DNA from: Phoronis australis
Lineage: Eukaryota; Animalia; Phoronida
Length of the DNA stretch: 40,740 bases
Direction of reading: 5' to 3'
Assembly: GCA_002633005.1 (NCBI GenBank)
Contig: NMRA01000231.1
Location: 209,777 to 250,516, forward strand
Part shown: positions 1 through 11,530 of the stretch, piece by piece
Position numbering within the stretch: position 1 is the stretch's first letter
Layout: every line of letters starts with the position of its first letter
Program-made: the position numbers and the translations under genes
The notes under the pieces: model-generated
Seen by the model: only the letters and a program-made list of their open reading frames with translations
Told to the model about the DNA's origin: nothing
Databases searched by the model: none

Positions 1-2185
1 CTAAGGTGTTCCTCTATGCGCAAAAGGTATTTATAACAACGTGACTTTGATGGTTTAGTCGGTGCGAGGCATAATTCGCCGAAAAGCTTCCGGCGTACAG
101 AGCGCCTATAGCCTCTGCATCGCCTCTGGTTCGGGCCAACAGAGGCGATGGTCATTGCCTAAAAACCGGCTTGTTGTCGTACTCATTCAATTATTCCACT
201 TCAAAGTTATGATCTGAATAGGATTTGATTTAACTCTCACAAATATATAGTATTCGTTGAATCAAACGTTTTCTTTTACTTTTGCCGAGTTGTTCAACTG
301 TGCATTGCTTTTCGGTAGCCGTTTTATAATGATTCCTATGGTCGTCATATGCTGCTGCCTTTTGAAAGAACAGAAAACCTCACAGAAAAAGGCCAAGAAA
401 ATAGTGGAAAGTGGTTTACAGCAATTCTACTTCAACCACAAACTGCTTTACTTGTATGATATCGATTTTTAAATCAATTAAAATTGATTTAGAATTTCAG
501 TTCTGGAAAATAAATCGCGATTTTTTTTATTCCAGATGGACCTTACTTATTTTCTGTTTGTGACCTCTTTATTTGACTTTTTGCTCTTGTTGTACTTAAC
601 ACCACTTATCTCTGCTGTCATTCTTTTTCTTTTCAGTTTCTCTTCATTCTCTGTTAACACCTTGTCAGCCAGAACAGATGCATAACTTTTTCGGCGCAAG
701 TTGAACGTTGAACCTCAATACAATTGTTCTAATAAATTACCCAGTATCGTATTGTTTGGTTTTTTCTCACCTTTAACAGGCTTCTGCAATCATAAATAAA
801 TAAATAAATACCCAAGTTGTATTTACATTTTATTGCTCAATCTCTTTTATTTTTGATTATGTCATGCTGTGTTGTATGTAACAATGCAATATAGTGAAAT
901 AAAGTCAATGTTAGGGGCTGCAATACTTCCCATCGCTTTTTGTACGCATTTTGTCCCGTGTATTTTATATCTTAAACGGGCGGTAGGCCAAATCTGGCCA
1001 CTGATTAAGAGTTTTCACCTCGTCAAAAATACATTCTACACTCAAAACTATCACTTAAAAATGAGCCTACTTTCTTCAGTGATCCTTTCTACTTCTACAC
1101 ATATCTTTGATGAAGCATATCTACTAGAATTAAGGTGACTTTGGAGAAGAACTACTCCACTTTTTGGTCACCGTTAACTTTTTCACCGCATGTGCAATAA
1201 CCACAAAATATTTCAACTGAGTCATGTGAGTTATTGGTTGGCATTCAGGTCACTACTAATTATAATACGACATCTTTAGGTCAAAATCTGAGGTTACAAG
1301 ATGGCAGACAATTTGATTTGTCATTGTTACTTAGAAAAAGGTTGAAAGAGGCAAAATATAACCGGGTAAGATCGTTTATGGTCCCCTGATTATCCTTAGG
1401 GAATTTGATGTGGTTAGTAATAGTACACTCTACAAGTTTTCCCCATATTCTTCTGATTTATTTTTATTGCACAAATTTGAAAAAAATTTGATGGCCCTTC
1501 AACTCCGTTTCAGCTGAGTAATGGCTGTGTTCGACACCACTGTGGACAGGTGAATTTTTGTACTTTGGCACAGCAGTTCAAGAAAGGGTATCCCAAATGG
1601 AGTTTTCCAAATCTCTAAAACTCTTGCTAATGGCCAAGTGCTCTTTGTCTGACAGATTTGAATGCTGGACTCCCACGGCAATAGCCTGACATTGTGTTCG
1701 TCACACCAGCCATGGATGTGTGGATATCGTATTTCCACATTGGTGAACTGCCCACTCCAGGCTCATTGTCTTGTGTTCAAAGTATCAGCTTATTACTGTT
1801 ATTGATGTTATCCAGTGCTATACTTCAGGGTGAATAAACACTTCAACTTGCACTAATTGACTTTGAGTCTCAGTTGGTGGTTAACAAAAATCGTGTGTTA
1901 CAGAATGGGCCCCATTTATGCTACTAATGTCTTGCAGAGCTGAACCATTGGGTTGGGAAATTCCAGTGGCAGTGTTTCCAGATTGCAGTTTTCCTGAGTC
2001 ACATATTCTTCATTTATAACTCGTCTTGCTGGTATTTAGTCGAAATTGCTAAATTGCTAATAGTGGAGTTTATCTTGAACTTTCATGGAAATCACGTAGA
2101 AATATCACGTATTCTTTGCCAGATACTATTTAAGCCTTGATCTTCACATTATCCACAGGTTCAGTAGCGACTCATCTGTGTCAGC

Positions 2186-2365
2186 ATGGCCCAAATTGAT
2201 AAAGAGAAGCTGATGACCCAGGCTCAGAACATCTGGACCATGCTTGATGATATGGCCGAGAATGACCCTCAAGCATACAGGAAGTTCATTGATAAACAGA
2301 TGAATGATGGCCGAGAGTATATGAGGCTTCCAGACCCACACATGTGTGTGAGAACTAGTTATGTT
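2186..2365 (+). CDS. PIH1D2: PIH1 domain-containing protein 2, coding exon 1 of 4 (model 2186-2365, 3894-4026, 4486-5081, 8676-8819; 350 aa)
   Basis: MAQIDKEKLMTQAQNIWTMLDDMAENDPQAYRKFIDKQM matches the PIH1D2 N-terminal WxxLDDxAxxDPxxYxxFI pattern. Donor GTAAGT at 2366, phase 0. An upstream acceptor (ccacag, exon start 2159) implies a non-coding 5' exon. Confidence 0.9.
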
Positions 2366-3660
2366 GTAAGTTTAAATGGATAATTAAGAGGAATATGTGA
2401 TCCACGTCTAAAATATGCAGTTGAAAAAGCTTGTACCCAATAAGTGTTTTCAGGATACAAACCAGAGGCTCATTTCACGGTATATGACTGAAGATGTAAG
2501 TCAGAAATTTTGTCTTAGACTCCACTCAAAAATTTCTAAAAAGTATTTTATTTCACTTCTGCAAAAATACAGGGTCTACTACTTGCTCAGATTTTCAAAA
2601 ATTGTTGCTGAACCGTGATGTGCTGACAATGTCAGGTCAGTAATTGTGAAATATGTATTTTTAAGTCATTAAAATCACAACAAGCCCTTGACTTTGAACT
2701 ATAATGTGTCTGACCCCCAGGGGTACATGAGGCCACAAGAGCTCGTGTCCGAGTACAATCTGTGCTTTTTTCTCTAGTTTGTCTTATAGGAAGTATTAGG
2801 TAAAAATTGCAAAAATAAAGTCTGGCATATTTTATTCTTCCTTGAAGCAATGTGATAGGCAACCTGGTAGATATGCGCCATATGACGTCATAAACAGACA
2901 ACAACTTCATTCAGTCTATGTGTGCCTTTGGCAGTTGTGACAAGAGTTGTTAAAATCTGGAATTGTCTTCAGTTTAGTGTGTGCCTGACGTCACCAGATT
3001 GTCTGTTATTAGTAAACTACGATGACAATAAAAGCAGGGATTTGATGGGATGCGCTGTTGGTCCTAGCACACATCAAGTGGTTGCCACGCCTTGCAAGAA
3101 AGTCATCATGCGTGCAAAGCAGACGCATCAAGCTTTACTACTGGTTTATTACATTAGCAACATGTTACAACAAGTGTTTAGACATGCACATTTTGGCAAT
3201 CGCTACGTCACAAAAAGTTTATAACATGCAGCAAATCCAGTCAGAGCAGAACTGTAAAAACTTGTGGATGTCTCAAACAACGTGGCACGTAGAACTTTCA
3301 AAATTCCTCCTCAAGCTCAAAGCAATTACTCAAACGTGGGTTCAGGGTAGACACAGTCATTCCAAGCCCACTGATATGCAAATTACTATTCAAATCTGTT
3401 CAGCAATCCTTGTTACATCTATACAGGTACTGGTGCAGTGAGTTAGTCAACAAGTTAGCCAATAGATGTCCTACAATTACAACATGCTACAGGTTAACAA
3501 AGCAGAGAAAAGTATGAGTCTATGCCTTTAAACCAAACTCAATTTGTGTATAAATATCATCTAAGGCGTGGAATGTGTTGCAAGTAGATTATCCCATTCA
3601 ATCCACCATCTTTCTGATCACATCACGTGACCTAATGAATAAAAATCCGAAAAGATTTCT

Positions 3661-3733
3661 GCCCCCGACCGGGACTCAAATCCAGGACCTTCTGCTAACC
3701 GTGCCGACTTTTTAGCCACTGAGCCATCGGGAC
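3661..3733 (-). pseudogene. Degenerate tRNA-like sequence (tRNA pseudogene or tRNA-derived SINE head) in the PIH1D2 intron between coding exons 1 and 2
   Basis: Minus strand GTCCCGA-TGGCTCAGTGG...CTGGATTTGAGTCCCGG-TCGGGGG: A box, degenerate B box (TTTGAG instead of TTCGAG) and a 6-bp acceptor stem. The anticodon arm is mismatched. Confidence 0.6.
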
Positions 3734-3893
3734 CACTGGTCAAACACAGAAATCCAATCAGACTTATTAGTGGACATGTTACCCATGCTCAATTTAAGTT
3801 GTTGTTCCATTCACTCTGTGTTTCCTATTTGTCTGGCGTCGAATGTGTTACAAGATAATTGATTTATGATTACAAAATGTCAACTATTTTCAG

Positions 3894-4026
3894 GACAAGT
3901 CTACGAAAGACAGAGGGACCCTGTACATTAACGTGTGCGAATGGGCGAGGGTACCCAAGCCAACGGATGACACATCTCCCATACCTGTCTTAGGTGGAGT
4001 TATGGGAAAATTGGAGGATAAAGGAG
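3894..4026 (+). CDS. PIH1D2: PIH1D2 coding exon 2
   Basis: Acceptor ttttcag ending 3893. Encodes DKSTKDRGTLYINVCEWARVPKPTDDTSPIPVLGG (PIH1-domain LYINVC.W.RVP motif). Donor GT at 4027, phase 1, matching the next exon. Confidence 0.88.
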
Positions 4027-4485
4027 GTAGTGATTATAGCAGATTGTGCATGATCATATTCATGTACAAAATAAGATATGTATCATTGCCTTCTCAAGTT
4101 TATATACATGTATCAGATTGTTATTTTTATTGATGCTTTCTGTGAATATCTTTGTGGAGTTCTTTAGACAGTTTTGTTGACACTTGAGAAAAGTGGTGTG
4201 TATGTCATTTGCCCATTTATTTTGTTTACAAGCCAAAGTCACTGTTAGCAGGATTTATACGCTACACTTACTTTCAATAGTCTTGTTGTGTCTTGTTATA
4301 TAACCTGTTCCTAGATAGCCATAGCTATACTACAGATTTAGGGAGTGGCTAAGTTTGTTTTTAATTTCTAATTTAAATTGAGATCTTTTCTATGACAATT
4401 AAATTTGTAGTGACTGTTTGCTTCAAATGCATGGATTTGAATTTCATCAAAAAGTTCTCCACAGTTTCCTGTTTGTTGCTTTTAG

Positions 4486-5081
4486 AGGTTTGCAAGATTG
4501 TTTCACTCGGGTTCAACCCAAAAGTGCTGGAGGACTATGGTATGAATGCTTCCAATCTCGAGGAACAACAAAGTTTAATACACTTGGCCGTGGACTATGT
4601 CAAGGATCACTACAAGCTAGAATTACCGTACTCTTACGTTCTTCTTCCCAAAGACACTAAGCACAAGGGTACAGTACAGATGTTGAGGGACAGTCTAAAG
4701 ACAAACGTGCGTAAAGAAGACGAGGCTTATGAAAAACAAATGAAGGACTTAAGTGAAACTTTCGCTCCTCTTTCTGGAAAAAATGTGGAAAGTGATTCAC
4801 TTTTAACGCAGTTATCGAACGTGACCATACATTCGGACAACTCAAAAACTAATTCTGATACGCCAATTCCCAATCTCTCTCTGTTTGAAAATCAGGAGGC
4901 TAAATCGAAACAGAAAAATTTAATACAAGAAATAGGAAGTGTGGAAAATGAAGAGTGTATGAAACCTGGCTTTAGTATGACGGTGAGGGATGCTGAAGAG
5001 TGTAAGCCACGGCGTATTGTGGTTAAAATTAGCTTGCCTAAAGTGTCCAGTGTCAGTGAGTGTCTACTGGATGTTGATCAG
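4486..5081 (+). CDS. PIH1D2: PIH1D2 coding exon 3
   Basis: Acceptor cttttag ending 4485, phase 1. Encodes EVCKIVSLGFNPKVL...KNLIQEIGS...IVVKISLPKVSSVSECLLDVDQ (PIH1 domain end plus start of the CS domain). Donor CAG|GTAAGG at 5082. Confidence 0.9.
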
Positions 5082-6979
5082 GTAAGGGGACTTGTACAGG
5101 GCTCATCAGTGTATGTGTTTGGCTGATGTTAAACTTTTTGGAATTCCAGTGGCGTTGACATTGGTGATATTCTGACAGGAGGTTTTGCTTTTCAGCCAGT
5201 TCTCTGTCTGGACATCCAGCATACTCCTGTCCTCTTGTGCATCCCAAGTCCTTGGCTGATCTTTAAAGTATGAAATCAAAATTTCTATTTATATTTGCCT
5301 TTCCTCAAAGAAACATACTTAAGTTTTAGATCACTCACTGCAATTGTAAAAGTGACCTCCATCTTTACTTCCTTTAAGACCAGAAGCACCCGGAAGTCAC
5401 CAGGTTTTTCATAGCCTCAAAATATTCGTCACACATGTTTCGTATAGCACGTCATATGACTCAAAATGGAAGAGTGTTGTGGACTGTGGTGGTATACCTC
5501 TGTTATAACAGGCTTTATTGTGAGTTACTACATCAGGAGGCAGACTAAATTTGTGAATTTCTTGATTGGATGGTTGCCATGATTTTTAACCATGAGTTGA
5601 ACGAATCTCTTTGCTGTTACGATTGAAGTTTGTCCTTGCCCTCATTTGAATCACCTCCAAGGAATAATTTGAGGCTACGGAAGTTTTCAGATGTTCTGGA
5701 TGAGCCCAGATACTAATTTTTGCACTTGAAATTGAACTGAAAATTATTTTATTTGTCATTTTCCCATACAACTCTTGTATAAACTTAAGTTAACTTTTGT
5801 TGATGACTGCCTGATCCTAGTCTTCACTTGATGACAGCATTAAGCTTTATAATTCCAAATTATTGAGCTTTTATTTGATGAGTTTGTGAGTTGAATCTAG
5901 GGGTCACCATCTGTGAACTTGGAATAGGAACTCATCTGACTGTGTAATTTACATTCGAGCACAGATCTAGTAATTAAGGTGTATCTGGTGTTTGCAAGAA
6001 AGTAGAAACTTAAGGTAAACACCAAAAACAATTTGCAGTTCAATTTTGAGTACAACAATTAGACTATAGTACATGGACCGCCAATTCCGTATACTTTCAA
6101 TGGACGAAAATCTATGCTCTTCCGCATAACTTTATGTCATTATTCACTAGCGACACCTGACCCAATTATCTGGAGTTATTTCCGGCAAGTACGTTGTCTG
6201 CTACCTCCTAGGACCTCGCTAAAAAGCAAGACTTGCGAGATTACTGGAGACAGTGTCGTGTATTTTAAATGAAAACAGGTGACTTTGACTAGATTTTAGC
6301 TAGGTCCTAGCGTAGGTCCTAGCGTTACTGAACGCCTGCTAGAGTGACGCCACCTCTTGGATAGCATGGAAGAAAATGTCTGAGTTGCGAATCTGTTGTC
6401 TATATTCTATGGTACAACGATTAGACCCTGGTCCTTGAAGTAATTTTTATACAGAGGAAGAACTGAGAGTTGAGTAGTGCTTGAGTCCGCCCTCGATTGT
6501 GTAAAATAACTCATAATGTCAAGTGGACTTACTGAGTTACTGAGTCTTGTCTTAGCCAATAACAAGCTGACAGTACTTCGCAATGCCAAAAATCTTTCCT
6601 AATCTGAGTACGCAACAAATTATAACACGAGTTTTAAATGGCAAGTAGTCTAAATGCAAAGATAGGTTTTTGATGGAGGGCAGTTTTGTATTGTTTTTTT
6701 CACCATGGTAAAACACGTCTGCCCAGAAGCACTCATGTTGGGTTTGCCTGCAGTATCAACCTAAACAAAAACATTGAAAATTCCTTGGTGTCTGAAGGCT
6801 ACATGTATTTTGTCACAGGGTAGCAGGTTTTTGTTTGAAAATCTTATAATAGGAACATCCTTTGGGTTTGTAAAACATGTGGTGAAATGAGCAAACTTCT
6901 TCTAAAATATAGGAAATGAAAGTCATTGAATCTATATAGCAAAGAAGCCATGTTGGTTGCTTTATTTTTATGTACCTAC

Positions 6980-8580
6980 GAATTTACGTGCGGCTGCATA
7001 GTGCTGCCATCTCTGTTCATCCGGGCTTCATGTGTCCGGCGTCCACTGCTGTATCTCCTAAACAACTTACAGAATCTTTTAAGAAATGAAATTTGGCGGG
7101 TGTGTTGCTATGAAACTGACGACAATTTTTTATGTTTGCTTCTGTATCTTTGAAATTTTTTTATGGATATTCATGAAATGTAGCAAAAAGGTTTGTAGTT
7201 GAAGATGGCACCTTCACGTTTTCGGACAGACTTGGCATATTCTGGGCAACCTGGTTACCATTTTAAAAACTTGAGTGCGTTTTTGGCGTTCGCCTCTCAA
7301 TTCGCCAAACTGCTCGAAGGATCATTATGAAAATTGGCAGATGTGTTGCTGATGAGAAGACTGCAGGTGGCGTTGATCTTCAGACAGATTTGATGAGTGA
7401 CATTTTGTTGTATTCACTGCTGTATTTCCTTAAAATTTTAGAGGATCTTTGTGAAATGTAGCAGATCTGTATGGTCCTGTGCAAATGGTAACGGATGACG
7501 ACGAGTTTCAGACCAATCTGACTACAGCTATGTTCCCTAGTGGTAGTTTTCTTTTTTTTACATTTGCCTCTCTATCTTTAAAGTTCTTTGATGGATTTTT
7601 GAGAAATTTGGAAAATAGATTTCTATTAAGCAGATAATGATGCGTTTCCATTTTCGGATGGATTCGACGTATTCTGCACCACCTGGTGGCCATTTTTTAC
7701 TATTTTGAATTTGTTTTTAGCATCCGACTATCTGTCAAAATGCTCAAAGGATCATTAGTAATCCTAGCAGTTGTGTTCCTGATGAGAAGACCATGGCTGA
7801 CATTGACTTTCGAACTGGTTGGAGCACTGTTGCGCCCTCTAGTGGTGATTTTTTGCGATCATGGCTGTAGCTTCTGATTCCTTTCAGGATGTTTGTGAAC
7901 TTTTGCACGTGTTTTCCTATAAATGTGACAATGCCTGCCCATGACTTTTTGGCCAGCTTTGCCAACCACTGTGTCCCCTAGCAGCAAGTCTATTTTTCAC
8001 CTTTTTCTCTGTATCTTTAGGTTTCCTTGATGTTTTTCCATGAAATTTGGCAAATAAATTTTTATTACAAAAGCAACAGCACCTTTCTGTTTTGGGATGG
8101 ATTTGACATATTTTGTGCTACCTGGTGGCCATTTTAGTTATTTTTTATTATTCTTTTTTGTTGCCTGAAGGATCATGATCAAAATTGGCAGTGTTCCTGC
8201 TGACAAGAGCGCTACTGGTGTCTAATTTCAGATGGGTACAACTACTGTGGTGCCCCCTAGTGATATCTTTTATCTGTGGCTATGTCTATCAAACTCCTTG
8301 CAAGATCACAATTTGGCCTGTGTATTCTTAAAACTTGATAACTGATGGACGAGGTGACTCCTTACGGCAATTTGTCTTTTTTACGCCAGCCTCTGTATCT
8401 TTGGAGTTCCTTGCTGAAATGTTCATGAAATTTTGGCAAATAGTTTTGTAATATAGAGGCACAGATGCTTTCCCAATTTCGGACAGGTTTGATGCAGATT
8501 TTATGATATTAGAAACACCGCTGGATGCACACGTTTTGTGTTGCAGTCATGGGCACAATTCACTGCTTTGCGTTGCTATT
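6980..8580. repeat. Degenerate tandem repeat (about 4 units of 380-440 bp), probably internal to a non-autonomous DNA element
   Basis: The block tctgtatcttt...atgaaatttggcaaata...ttttcgga recurs near 7141, 7570, 8008 and 8392, and cctgg(tgg)ccatttt follows in the first three units. Confidence 0.6.
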
Positions 8581-8675
8581 GTTGCTTGTTTTGATTGTAC
8601 ATGTAACATTTTGTTATCCTACCATATTGATAAAGGCATCATGTGTAATAATTGAAACTCATTTTTCTGCTTCAG

Positions 8676-8819
8676 AAAAAATTACATTTGTCTGTGCCTG
8701 ACAAGTATGATGACCTTGAAGTGACCTTCACAGAATCCGTCATAAGCGACAGCAGCAGTGCAAAATTCAGCAAGAAAACATGTTCTTTGACAGTTGTTAT
8801 ACCCACAACCCAAACGTGA
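8676..8819 (+). CDS. PIH1D2: PIH1D2 coding exon 4 (terminal, CS domain)
   Basis: Acceptor tttctgcttcag ending 8675, phase 0. Encodes KKLHLSVPDKYDDLEVTFTESVISDSSSAKFSKKTCSLTVVIPTTQT*, with the AKFxKKxxxLTVxxP end typical of PIH1 CS domains. Confidence 0.88.
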   Translation, partial: KKLHLSVPDKYDDLEVTFTESVISDSSSAKFSKKTCSLTVVIPTTQT

Positions 8820-9743
8820 CAAAGCGTTCACTACAAGCCGTTGCGAAAAGCTTCATGTTTTCCTGACAAGATATTCAGTTTTGCAATTATAATAAAACAT
8901 GTTATAGACTTTCTGTCTAGGAGAAATTTTGGTTGGTTGTTTTTTGGTGATTTTCTATGTAGAATTAAAGTTATAAAGACAGTGCTGGTATGCCGCCTAC
9001 CAAATGATTTCAGATGTTTTCCTTGGGTCACAAATGGAAAAATGTAATGCTGGATCACGATTAATTATCTTTATCTTGTACATCTTCTTAAAATAGGATA
9101 GTATACATAAATTGCTATAACTCTATAATTGATATCTATGCTTTCCCTTCAGATTTCAACTTTTACAGGCTGATTTGATAGCAGCTATGGTTGTTTTATA
9201 GAAGGTTGTACACCCTGTTGTACTGTAAATTTCTGATAGTAAACTACATGTACAAGGGTCTGTTTCATGAGAAGTGACTTAAGACTTCAGTTTGAAATTT
9301 GCTTTGGTCTTGCGCTCCACACAACTATTTGAGAATAATAATTAAATCTCGCTTTAGCAAAAATGCCTTCTCTGAGAATATGCAGATAACTCGCAGTTTC
9401 TGTAATAATTTTTATAAATTATTTCTGTTCTTTGATGCACTCACAACAATTCTGTCTCTTGAAACAGTCCCCACTCCATATATTTCTTGCACTCCAAATG
9501 TAAGCTTGCCTGTACTTATGGAAATGTACCAGTCTTTTCCAACAGGGGATTTACAGTACCATTACTTTTTATTTTTTATTTCGTAGATAAGACAAAAACG
9601 GTTTTAATAAACCTTGCCTTATTTCTCATAAAGCCTCGTTTTTTTATTCACTCGGAAACTCTACAAACGGTAGACGTTTTTAATCGTGACTTTGCAAGTT
9701 GGCATGTTATTCGCATTCAAATTTAGCAACCATCTTTGTTAAC

Positions 9744-10178
9744 AGATCAAGTTTGAGTCTAATACTGGAATAAAAACTTACAAAAAGTATCAACGTTGCG
9801 CCAGCATCTCACGGACTTCAGCTTGGCCTGTGACGTTTTCGTTATTCTGGCCAATTGGTGGCGTTTTGACCAGACAGCGCGGCATTGACGTCAGAACACC
9901 ATCCCATACGTGTGACAAATCGAATCTTAAACCGTCTCTTTTATTTAAGGAGGGACTCTCAATGCGCTCATAGAGAGCTCCCTTTACACCCCTTCTGAAC
10001 CAGTCTTCCTCAAAGTCTAGGATAGTGACATCATCAGTATTGAATTGATGTCCAGTGTTGCACAGGTGGCTAAAAATAGCGGAGGCAACGTCGGTATTTT
10101 TTGTAAGATTTTGTTCTAGTATTAGACTCAAACTTGATCTGTTTTCTTATCTGGATATCTCAAAATTCCCATGCTTTT
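9744..10178 (-). mobile_element. 5'-truncated Penelope-like element (GIY-YIG C-terminus) with inverted pLTR
   Basis: Minus frame SAIFSHLCNTGHQFNTDDVTILDFEEDWFRRGVKGALYERIESPSLNKRDG resembles the Penelope endonuclease end. Inverted repeats at 9741-9797 and 10085-10143. Direct repeat ATCTTTGTTAAC at 9732-9743 and 10179-10190. Confidence 0.8.
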
Positions 10179-11243
10179 ATCTTTGTTAACCATAATGATC
10201 ACAATGATCAACTGGGCAACAAGATAGACCACCGAGGTTTTTTTTTGTATTCAGCCTTTTAAACCAATAACTTAATATAATATACACATTCGCAACTGTA
10301 CAACCTTGTGTAAATGGCAGTAAAGTTGCTTCGCCTTCATGTGAAGAAAAAGAAAAACACTATTTGCAGCCAGTTGTCTACATGTAGATTTGGAAGTGAA
10401 GAAGTCACAAAAGCGGAGTTTGTTAGTGAAGAGAGGCCTTGAAACTGAGTAGTATCCACACTTCATGGAACTTTTCAGGAGTTGCGAAACCAATTGTTTT
10501 CCTGTTCCCAGAATACGTGCCTTAAGATGGCAGTCACAGCCTGTTATTTGATAGGCTGCATAAGATTTTCACAAGGTGGTTATTTAATTGACGAGTTTGG
10601 GAATTCACAAATGCGCCGTTGGTATCGATGGAAGTCGCATTTTTATTATCACGCACGGGTTTTTTATTTCAAGAATAGGGTAACCAGGTTGCCATATTCG
10701 ATTCTTTGTTTGATATGTGGTTACTGATACTGATACAATTACTAAATCCGATTTACCTTAACATAAGCCTCTTGGGCGCGTTCACGTCGTTCTGGTTTGT
10801 GGAAGTTGAGAGTTCAAACATAGACATTTTGCAAAGTACAAACGAAAAGCTGATTTGCCGTGGAAAAGAAAAAGTGTCTGGTGCCGCTGTTAAGGTGGGG
10901 CATATCCAGCGAAATTGTGACATGCAAACGCCTGTGTTTCACCCAACAGCATTAGTTTCCATTAAAGGTGGTGTATATTTGCACGTGTGTAGGTTTGCAT
11001 TTACACATTTGAAGGTGGTGTAATTATACACCCCACTGTAACTACACTGTGTATTTGTGTTTACACGAGACAAAAGCATACCCTACGAAAAAATTACACT
11101 CGGTTGTAAACTGCATCATGTAAACAAGACTTCACAGTAAGGACCAACCGTATGATCTGAGTTTCACGCATCTATGTAGGGAAATGCTCAAATCCTACAT
11201 ATCTCGGAATTTCGACCAAATTTTTTCAGAATATAAACAACAC

Positions 11244-11530
11244 CTTATTATTTAAAACGATTTATTTTTATTAAAATGACATAGACAGAAAATGAATTTT
11301 GAGCCTCTAAAGCGAGGCCCCCTGGATTAATATATTAATATAGGGGCCTCGCCGAAATGTGGTCGAAAAGCGGGGACTTCTATATTAATTTTGAAGGCCC
11401 CGCTCTCCGACCGCCTTTCGGCGAGGCCTTCTATAATAATATAGGTGATAGGTGGCCTCGCTTTAGAAACCCATAATTCAATTTTCTGCCTATGTCATTT
11501 TAATAAGAATAAGTCATTTTGAATAATAAG
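11244..11530. mobile_element. Fold-back / palindromic MITE
   Basis: Arms of about 135 bp are imperfect reverse complements (cttattatttaaaacgattta...aaagcgaggcc...gcctcgccgaaa versus tttcggcgaggc...ggcctcgcttt...aataataag), centred near 11385. Weaker pairing may extend to about 11149-11626. Confidence 0.8.

Noticed and set aside
1499-1738. Minus ORF with WCDEHNVRLLPW resembling a Tc1 transposase motif
   Set aside because: The expected SPDLNPIE motif does not follow, and the similarity is too short.
4392-4485. N-terminal part of the 244-aa ORF as a gene start
   Set aside because: It is intron read-through. The acceptor ending 4485 matches the phase of the upstream exon.
5380-5470. Promoter-like cluster (CCGGAAGT, CACGTCA, AAAATGG) in a PIH1D2 intron
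   Set aside because: No downstream exon or ORF was found, and such motifs are common in transposon relics.
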